Assembly: GCA_029838195.1 (NCBI GenBank)
Contig: JALGVJ010000048.1
Coordinates: 1-23,640 of the forward strand
Origin: Promethearchaeota archaeon
Lineage (GTDB): Archaea; Asgardarchaeota; Lokiarchaeia; Sigyniarchaeales; SOKP01
Reading direction: 5' to 3'
Length of the DNA: 23,640 nt
Position 1 is the first letter of the stretch. Every line of letters starts with the position of its first letter. A program made the position numbers and the translations under genes. Below the pieces are notes generated by a model, which worked only from the letters and a program-made list of their open reading frames with translations, made no database searches and was not told where the DNA came from. This document shows positions 17,027 to 23,640 of this stretch, piece by piece.

Positions 17027-18562
17027 TCACACCCTCCCTTTTTTTTTATCGTTTAAATACATGCCTGCGGCAATTCTACCCCCCAAAATGCACGTAGAGA
17101 ATCCTCCTCCAACATTTGTCCAAGCTCCTACTTGGTATAATCCTGGAATTGCACCCCTACTCCTTAAGCGTAACAAAGGCCCGTTTAATATATCTTGCGT
17201 ATATCCGTAAATGGCACCTTCCATGTTCTTTGAGTAGCGATAATACGTGAGCGGAGTGGCAATTTCTGCGACTTCTATATAATCACGGATGTTTGGACAT
17301 ATTGTCTTTTCAATTAACTCTACCATTTTATCTCCTAAATAATCTTTCAAGTAAAAGTATTGATCAGGTGCCACGCTTTCCCATAATTTTCCAAATTGAA
17401 GGGTCGTGAGAACCAATTGCGTGGTACCCGGCGGCGAAATATCATCGTGAATGTGATTATAACATGCTGCTACCATATATTTTGGAGGTTCTAGCTTCAT
17501 GAAGCATTTAAAAGCTTCATTCATATCCCACGTCGTATTGATGAAATTTTCATGAGCAGTGATACCTAAGTCTTTATAAGATGCATTTAATCCTAGATAA
17601 ACAGACAATCCTGAAGGTCCTATTTCGGGAGCATATACCGCTTTTTTGTAGGAATTCGGAACCTCTTCAGGTGGTAACAATTTCATTGCCGTGCAAATGG
17701 GATTTACGTTTGAAATGACCGCTTTAGCGCGATAAATATCTCCGTTCAGGAGTTTCACGCCTGCCACTTTTCCATTTTCCACTAATATCTGATCTACTAA
17801 TGCATTAAATCGTACTTCTCCTCCTAACCTCCTGAACGCATCTATCATCGCACTGGTAAATGCGTGAGAGCGTCCAACGGGATAAGCCGCACCCCAATTA
17901 AGATAAAACACCAACATTGCAAGATAAGCATAAGCATTCACGCGATCTGGAGGCAGGCCAATGTAGCCCCACAATTGAGAAATGAGGGCAATTAATTTTT
18001 GATCAGTAAAGAATTTTTGATATACTTCTGAAAGCGTGAGTCCAGATATGCGGGGAAGCCATGGATGCTTTTTCAACACTTCAAGAGGTGAAAATCTCCC
18101 ACCTTGCGAGGCAACAAATTCTATTCCGGCTAACAATGCCTTTAACATGTCCATGAAATCCTCTATTCCCTTTTCTTCATGAGGAAATAATTCTATAAGC
18201 TTGCTCTTGTAATCTTCAAAAGTAATAGGCATGGTAACATCAAATCCATCCGTGTAAACGCTGCGATAGAATTCGGGAACGTGTTTAAATTTGATATTAT
18301 CCGGTAATACGCCTAATCTCTCTAAAAATCGCCTTAAACTCCCCTTATTTTCCATCGTACCAATATCGCTCAATTCATGAAGAGCTCCTTCAAATTCGAA
18401 TCGTCCTCTCACGAACGACGTGGCAAATCCTCCAGGAACGTTATGTTTTTCAAGTAATAAGACCTTTTCCCCGTTCAAGGCCAGTTGACACGCCGCTCCT
18501 ATTCCACCGAGTCCAGCACCAACGACAATTACCGAATAATTATCTTTAATACCATTTGTCAT
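17027..18562 (-). CDS. Phytoene desaturase (CrtI)/retinol saturase-like FAD-dependent oxidoreductase
   Basis: IVVGAGLGG dinucleotide fold, LEKHNVPGG...FEFEGALH, ATPLTYYRY...GAIYG and GLYQVGAWT-GGG. Confidence 0.9.
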   Translation of the reverse strand: MTNGIKDNYSVIVVGAGLGGIGAACQLALNGEKVLLLEKHNVPGGFATSFVRGRFEFEGALHELSDIGTMENKGSLRRFLERLGVLPDNIKFKHVPEFYRSVYTDGFDVTMPITFEDYKSKLIELFPHEEKGIEDFMDMLKALLAGIEFVASQGGRFSPLEVLKKHPWLPRISGLTLSEVYQKFFTDQKLIALISQLWGYIGLPPDRVNAYAYLAMLVFYLNWGAAYPVGRSHAFTSAMIDAFRRLGGEVRFNALVDQILVENGKVAGVKLLNGDIYRAKAVISNVNPICTAMKLLPPEEVPNSYKKAVYAPEIGPSGLSVYLGLNASYKDLGITAHENFINTTWDMNEAFKCFMKLEPPKYMVAACYNHIHDDISPPGTTQLVLTTLQFGKLWESVAPDQYFYLKDYLGDKMVELIEKTICPNIRDYIEVAEIATPLTYYRYSKNMEGAIYGYTQDILNGPLLRLRSRGAIPGLYQVGAWTNVGGGFSTCILGGRIAAGMYLNDKKKGRV

Positions 18563-18855
18563 GATTAAATTATCATTAACACTCCCTTTTATAAATTTAC
18601 ATCTCCCTCAAATTTTTTGTCCACCGGTGTAAAAGGATTTTTTCCATGACTTCATTTAAATCAAGATCTTCACATGAACGTACGGTTTTTTGCCTCATTT
18701 ACCATGACCATCAAGTGAAATCATCAAACAAATTAGGAAAAGTGTGTGAATTTATAATCGATCTTTCATCTAAAAATTTAATCCACATTGGTTTATTTTA
18801 TTTAATGAAAATTTTTACTTTAATATCTCAAAAAAGAAAAAAAGAGGCATGAAAA

Positions 18856-20058
18856 ATGTGGTATTTTTTTTCTCCTAACATCATCTATGGAGAAGATGCT
18901 CTTAGCTTTTTGGAAAATATCTCCGGTACTAAATGCTTTATCATCACCGATAAAATCATTGAACAATTAGGATATCTTAAAATCTTAACCGATAAATTGG
19001 ATGCTTACGGCAAAACTTATCAAGTCTTTAATGAAGTAGTACCCGACCCCCGTGAAGAGGGCGTGTTGAAAGCCAGAGAACTTTGTATCAACTACAAGCC
19101 GGATTTGATCATTGCTCTAGGGGGAGGGTCCGTAATGGACACGGCAAAAACCGTATGGGCGTTATATGAGTTTGAAGATTTCCAGCTGGATGACATCCAT
19201 GCTTTCAGAAATGACATGTATGACATAGGTAAAAAAGCAAAAATGATTGCAATTCCCACTACTTCCGGAACGGGGGCTGAAACCACCTATGCCGCCGTGA
19301 TTTCCCGTTTTCAAGACAACATTTGGAAAAAGTTTTTGTATGTTCATCGGGGATTAATTCCTACTTATGCTATCGTCGATCCAATTTTTCCTAAAGGCAT
19401 GCCCAAGGAACTGACTGCAAGCACTGCATTCGATGCCCTTGCTCATGCCGTCGAAGGCATTGTTTCAAGCTGGAGAAATGATTTCAGCGATGCTCTTGCC
19501 TTGAAAGCCATCGAATTAATCTTTCAATACTTACCCATTGCTTATAATGATGGAAATAATCTCGAGGCACGCGATAAATTACATCAAGCCGCCACCATGG
19601 CAGGGCTTGCTTTTGGAAATGGACAGGTGCATATTGGACACGCCATGGGGCATTCTTGGGGTGCTGTCTTCCACACGCCTCACGGGATCTGCGTGGGAAT
19701 TCTTTTAAAATACGTGACACAATTTTGTATAAAAGATCCCAGCGATGCGGGCAAAAAAACCATGGAAATCAATGCTAAATTCGCACGACAACTGGGGTGG
19801 GCAAACTGGGATGAGACAGATGAGAGTGCTGCGAATAAATTAATAAAAAAGATTGAAGAACTCCAAAAAACCGTCAATATTCCTTTTAGTTTCAAAGAAC
19901 TCGGTATTTCTAAAGAAGATTTCGAAAAAAACCTCGACATTCTTGTTGATTTAGTGTATCAAGACAGCAGCGGCGTCATGGCGCCCCGATCTGCTTCAGG
20001 AGATCAGTTTAAAAAAATTTTTCGCTACGCTTATGAAGGAAAAGATATTGATTTCTAA
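18856..20058 (+). CDS. Iron-containing alcohol dehydrogenase
   Basis: ALGGGSVMD, IPTTSGTGAE, DALAHAVE, HIGHAMGH and TPHG metal-binding motifs. Confidence 0.95.
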   Translation: MWYFFSPNIIYGEDALSFLENISGTKCFIITDKIIEQLGYLKILTDKLDAYGKTYQVFNEVVPDPREEGVLKARELCINYKPDLIIALGGGSVMDTAKTVWALYEFEDFQLDDIHAFRNDMYDIGKKAKMIAIPTTSGTGAETTYAAVISRFQDNIWKKFLYVHRGLIPTYAIVDPIFPKGMPKELTASTAFDALAHAVEGIVSSWRNDFSDALALKAIELIFQYLPIAYNDGNNLEARDKLHQAATMAGLAFGNGQVHIGHAMGHSWGAVFHTPHGICVGILLKYVTQFCIKDPSDAGKKTMEINAKFARQLGWANWDETDESAANKLIKKIEELQKTVNIPFSFKELGISKEDFEKNLDILVDLVYQDSSGVMAPRSASGDQFKKIFRYAYEGKDIDF

Positions 20059-20270
20059 ATTTTTTCTTTTTTTTCCTCGTTTTAATTTCATGAGCCTTTC
20101 TTTTTTTTAATTAAATCCGTTCCATTTAACAATAGATAATGACACGATCGAGAACGATTTTCATGTTTAAAGCTCATGATTCCTTTATCCTTCCCTCCTC
20201 GAATAAACCAATGGTAAAAAAAACATTAATTTTTTTTAGCTCATTGAAATTCTAACAAACCTGAGAAACC

Positions 20271-21083
20271 CTATCGATTTAATCGCTTGAGAAGCAGTAG
20301 ATTCAACACCACTAATATCCATGCGGTAAGAGAGATCATCAATAGCCACTCCCAAAAAGGAGCCCATTGCCAAACGGGTAAAAACGTCCAAAAAGGTTCA
20401 TTAATCGCCCACAAATAAGGAACGGTGTAAAAAAATCCAAAAAAAATCGGTGTGAGGATCCAAGAATTAATGGCCAATAATACGCGCGCCAGCGTGACCC
20501 GTTTTATCCCAATTTCCTCCCTTAATATGTCAGGAAAAAGAATAAATTGAGTGGCAACCAAAATTCCACTGATCATGAAAAATGTAAAAGCAAAATCTGC
20601 CATGATATCGTGCCATGGATATCCAAAAGGAAATAACTCATCAAATTGCTCCCCCACATCCTCGGAAAATACTCCCGTTAAAAAAAGACCACAAATTGCC
20701 ACGATCATGCAAAGCGCCGTTAAATTCGCTAAAACACTCCTCCCCTTGCTCTTATCCGCTCCTTTTAATACGCCTCTCAAGTAGAAAATAGCCGGAATCA
20801 TTAATAGCGAAGTCTCCATCATCGCAAAATCAAGAAGGATCGGCATGGGCGTGAATCGTAAAGAACCCAAATCACTAATGTAATTAATCATGAAATTATA
20901 ACCGGCAGGATCGTACCCCGGTCCGGCCTGATCTAATTGCGCCACGAGATAAGCAATTACCAAGCATGAAATCCAAACCACCGACGCACTAATGATGCAA
21001 AATTTAACCACCATCGGAGATAATAAAAATTCTTTAAGCCAGCAACCCTTTTCATGCCCTTCTTCGCTTGAATTTAATCCCAC
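20271..21083 (-). CDS. Multi-pass membrane protein, DUF998/Frag1-like
   Basis: About 6 hydrophobic segments; NYISDLG motif, GVFSED and a TM His (WHDIMA); GTG start. Confidence 0.72.
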   Translation of the reverse strand: MGLNSSEEGHEKGCWLKEFLLSPMVVKFCIISASVVWISCLVIAYLVAQLDQAGPGYDPAGYNFMINYISDLGSLRFTPMPILLDFAMMETSLLMIPAIFYLRGVLKGADKSKGRSVLANLTALCMIVAICGLFLTGVFSEDVGEQFDELFPFGYPWHDIMADFAFTFFMISGILVATQFILFPDILREEIGIKRVTLARVLLAINSWILTPIFFGFFYTVPYLWAINEPFWTFLPVWQWAPFWEWLLMISLTAWILVVLNLLLLKRLNR

Positions 21084-21493
21084 TTCTTCCTCCCTCTTTT
21101 ACTTTTTTATAAAATTAATCTTTTTTTAATTAAAGATCATATAGATATTTAACGTTTGAACTTCATAATTTTTATACCTTATTTTTTTCATATGAAAAAT
21201 TTTCCCCCAATTCAATTACTTAACCTAACAAAATTACGCGTTCAATCCGTTTTTATCAATTTCATTCTGTACCTCACACTTTTTTAATTTTCCTTTGGAA
21301 ACCTATTCCCCATTCATGACCCTTTTTCTCCATTTTTTAAGGATTTAATCCTTTCTTACCTAAATTCTTGCGATTTTACAATCTTCTTTTTTACAAAAAA
21401 TTCATAAACAATATAAAGTTTATAAAAGAAATTATCCAATAATATTATTAAGAAGAAATTTACCTAAAATTATGAAAAAAAATTGATGAAATC

Positions 21494-23218
21494 ATGCAAA
21501 AAGAATTGACTTATTCTTCGAGATTTTGGAAAAAAAATTGGGACCCAGGACTGGATGACTTAGACCCTAAAGAATTTGAAACCACTTACGTTGAAATGTG
21601 CAAACCTACTTTCAAAGAGTTTGCCGATAAAATGGCAGTGGAATATTTGGGCGTTGAGATTACCTTTAAGCAGATCGATGAGTATGCTAACCAATTCGCA
21701 AACATGTTATTGGACAACGGCTTTAAAAAAGGCGATGTCGTGGGTATTAACCTTCCTAACTCACCCCAATATATCATTGCATTACACGGCACTCTTCGTG
21801 CGGGTTGCATCGTGTCAGGCGTATCCCCTCTTCTCTCAGCCATGCAAATTGAATATCAATTGAACGATCTGGGAGGAAATGGCCAGAAACAAGTAGCTTT
21901 AGTAACTCTTGATGCCATTTTTGAGGGCCACATCACGAAAATAGCAGATAAATTAAGGGACACTAAGCTTATCATCACGACTAATATAGCGGATTTCTTG
22001 CCTAAAATAAAACAAATCTTAGGAAAAGCGTTGGGGAAGGTACCAAAAGGAAAAGTAACCCCCTTGCCCGGTAAAACTGTTATGGATTTCATGAAGAACG
22101 TGTTAAACTATCCAAAAGATCCCGTAGAGGTGGACATCTCGCCGGATGACGTCGGCTGGATTCAATACACGGGAGGCACGACCGGGCCGCCGAAAGGTGC
22201 CATGCTAACGCATCGAAATTGCTGTTCGAACATGAAATGCATCGTATCATGGTTGCAATGGGAACGAGGTAAAGGCGTAATGTGCTCGGGATTCCCCATG
22301 TTTCATATTGCGGGTCTTACTGTGGCGGAATCCGCCTTTTATAATGGTTGGAGCCAAATATTAATCCCAAATCCTCGTGACACTGACCACATCGTCAAGA
22401 CAATGAAAAAGTATAAAGTTACTAATCTTGTGAACGTTCCCTCTCTGTATCAGCTCTTAATTAAGAATCCTAAATTTAGGGAGATGGATCATTCAAATTT
22501 GGGCACTTGTGTTTCTGCGGCGAGTCCTTTTCCCAAGGAATCACAAGAAGAGTTAGAAAGCATTATTGGAAAGGGAAAGCTTTTAGAACTTTACGGGATG
22601 ACGGAAACGAGTCCAGTTTCCACCATGAATCCCTCTTTAGGCAAGAAAAAATTAGGAACGATAGGCATACCATTTCTCAACGTGGAGTTAAAGATTGTAG
22701 ATCCCGATACAGGGGAAGAAGTTCCGATTGGAGAGCCTGGTGAGATTTGCATCCACGGCCCGCTTGTAATGAAGGGATATTACAATAAGCCTGAAGAGAC
22801 GAAAAAAGCAATAGATGAGGATGGCTACATGCACACGGGCGACGTGGGCGTCATGGACGAGGACGGGTACATTCGGATAATAGATCGGACGAAGGACATG
22901 ATCATTGTAGGGGGATATAAAGTGTTCTCAACTAAGGTGGAGGATATTTTATCAGAGCACCCGGCGATTGGTATGATTGCTTTAATAGGGGAGCCGAATC
23001 CGGACAGGCCAGGCTCGGAAATCGTGAATGCGTACATTCAGTTAGATCCGGATTATACGTATGATGGTAATGAGGAGGCATTAAAAGAGAGCATCATAAA
23101 CTTTGCGAAGGAGAAGTGTGCTCCATATGAGGTCCCTAAGAAGATTCACATAGTCGAGGAATTGCCCTTAACGGCCGTAGGTAAGATTGACAAGAAAGTA
23201 TTGAGGCAAAAGAAATAA
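21494..23218 (+). CDS. Long-chain fatty-acid--CoA ligase (AMP-forming acyl-CoA synthetase, FadD-like)
   Basis: QYTGGTTGPPKG, YGMTE, HTGDVG, IDRTKDMI and LPLTAVGKID. Confidence 0.95.
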   Translation: MQKELTYSSRFWKKNWDPGLDDLDPKEFETTYVEMCKPTFKEFADKMAVEYLGVEITFKQIDEYANQFANMLLDNGFKKGDVVGINLPNSPQYIIALHGTLRAGCIVSGVSPLLSAMQIEYQLNDLGGNGQKQVALVTLDAIFEGHITKIADKLRDTKLIITTNIADFLPKIKQILGKALGKVPKGKVTPLPGKTVMDFMKNVLNYPKDPVEVDISPDDVGWIQYTGGTTGPPKGAMLTHRNCCSNMKCIVSWLQWERGKGVMCSGFPMFHIAGLTVAESAFYNGWSQILIPNPRDTDHIVKTMKKYKVTNLVNVPSLYQLLIKNPKFREMDHSNLGTCVSAASPFPKESQEELESIIGKGKLLELYGMTETSPVSTMNPSLGKKKLGTIGIPFLNVELKIVDPDTGEEVPIGEPGEICIHGPLVMKGYYNKPEETKKAIDEDGYMHTGDVGVMDEDGYIRIIDRTKDMIIVGGYKVFSTKVEDILSEHPAIGMIALIGEPNPDRPGSEIVNAYIQLDPDYTYDGNEEALKESIINFAKEKCAPYEVPKKIHIVEELPLTAVGKIDKKVLRQKK

Positions 23219-23347
23219 GAAGGAAATTGCATTGAAATTAATATAGAATAATTCTAATTCAAGAATTTTTTTTTAAAATTAATCTACTTTACAATATTTA
23301 AAGAAACTATTTTTTTTTATGAGGTAGCAAATTAATCTCACCTCCGA

Positions 23348-23640
23348 CTAAATTGCCGCCTCGCTTTTTTTTATTTTTTGTCGAACATACTTATTTACAT
23401 CCACGTCAAATTCCTTGTATTGCTTGCTTCTTGTCCGACCAATAGCGCTTATTTCCCGCATGGCAGCGCTTAATTGGTTTCTTAGCTGTCTTATTACTTC
23501 TTCAGAATATTGGAAGACTATATCCGATGCCAGCTCGTCCAGTTCACAATGTTTAATTCGCAAATAATCTTCTCCTCGCGTGGCAACCATCCGCCAGACG
23601 TTAGCCTTTGCTACTCTACCATAAATGGCTTGTTTCTCCA
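23348..23640 (-). CDS. Hypothetical protein, C-terminal fragment (5' end beyond window)
   Basis: The frame is open to the window edge (EKQAIYGRVAKANVWRMVATRGEDYLRIKH...EAAI*) and converges on the ligase gene. No family was recognised. Confidence 0.6.
   Translation of the reverse strand, partial: EKQAIYGRVAKANVWRMVATRGEDYLRIKHCELDELASDIVFQYSEEVIRQLRNQLSAAMREISAIGRTRSKQYKEFDVDVNKYVRQKIKKSEAAI

Noticed and set aside
17027-18562. Carotenoid biosynthesis gene crtI
   Set aside because: No crtB, crtE or crtY nearby; membership of the family does not establish phytoene as substrate.
18646-18852. 68-aa ORF upstream of the alcohol dehydrogenase
   Set aside because: Lies in an AT-rich divergent promoter gap with no recognisable motif or SD; probably spurious.
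3625-23037. Numerous short antisense or alternative-frame ORFs in the track (e.g. 3625-3921, 5141-5431, 12212-12640, 22825-23037)
   Set aside because: They overlap well-supported genes and lack family motifs.

Overview
AT-rich window with archaeal signals (GGAGGTGA-type Shine-Dalgarno sites, TTTATAAATA-like boxes). Gene content and style suggest an Asgard/Lokiarchaeia-type genome; this is inference, as no marker gene is present. From left to right: the 3' part of a NosD-like beta-helix surface protein with 14 homogenised, mosaic 66/69-bp repeats; a CDF transporter fused to a NifB/NifX-like domain; two tandem uncharacterised Cys-rich Fe-S proteins, one apparently needing an ATA start; and a decayed ADP-ribosylglycohydrolase. 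A long lipid/C1-metabolism block follows: an ltp4-ltp3-DUF35-DUF35 operon of thiolase-fold proteins lacking catalytic Cys/His (aldolase type); a divergent corrinoid methyltransferase trio whose first gene has a single in-frame TGA; DUF2284; an isomerase-type crotonase; a coupled CrtI/RetSat-like flavoprotein plus FNR-[2Fe-2S] reductase; an iron-containing alcohol dehydrogenase; a DUF998-like membrane protein; an acyl-CoA synthetase; and a truncated unknown ORF. No rRNA, tRNA, CRISPR array or transposase was recognised. The best candidate for an undescribed system is an archaeal branched-lipid (sterol side chain or isoprenoid) catabolic module centred on the Ltp3/Ltp4-like aldolase and the CrtI-like/reductase pair.
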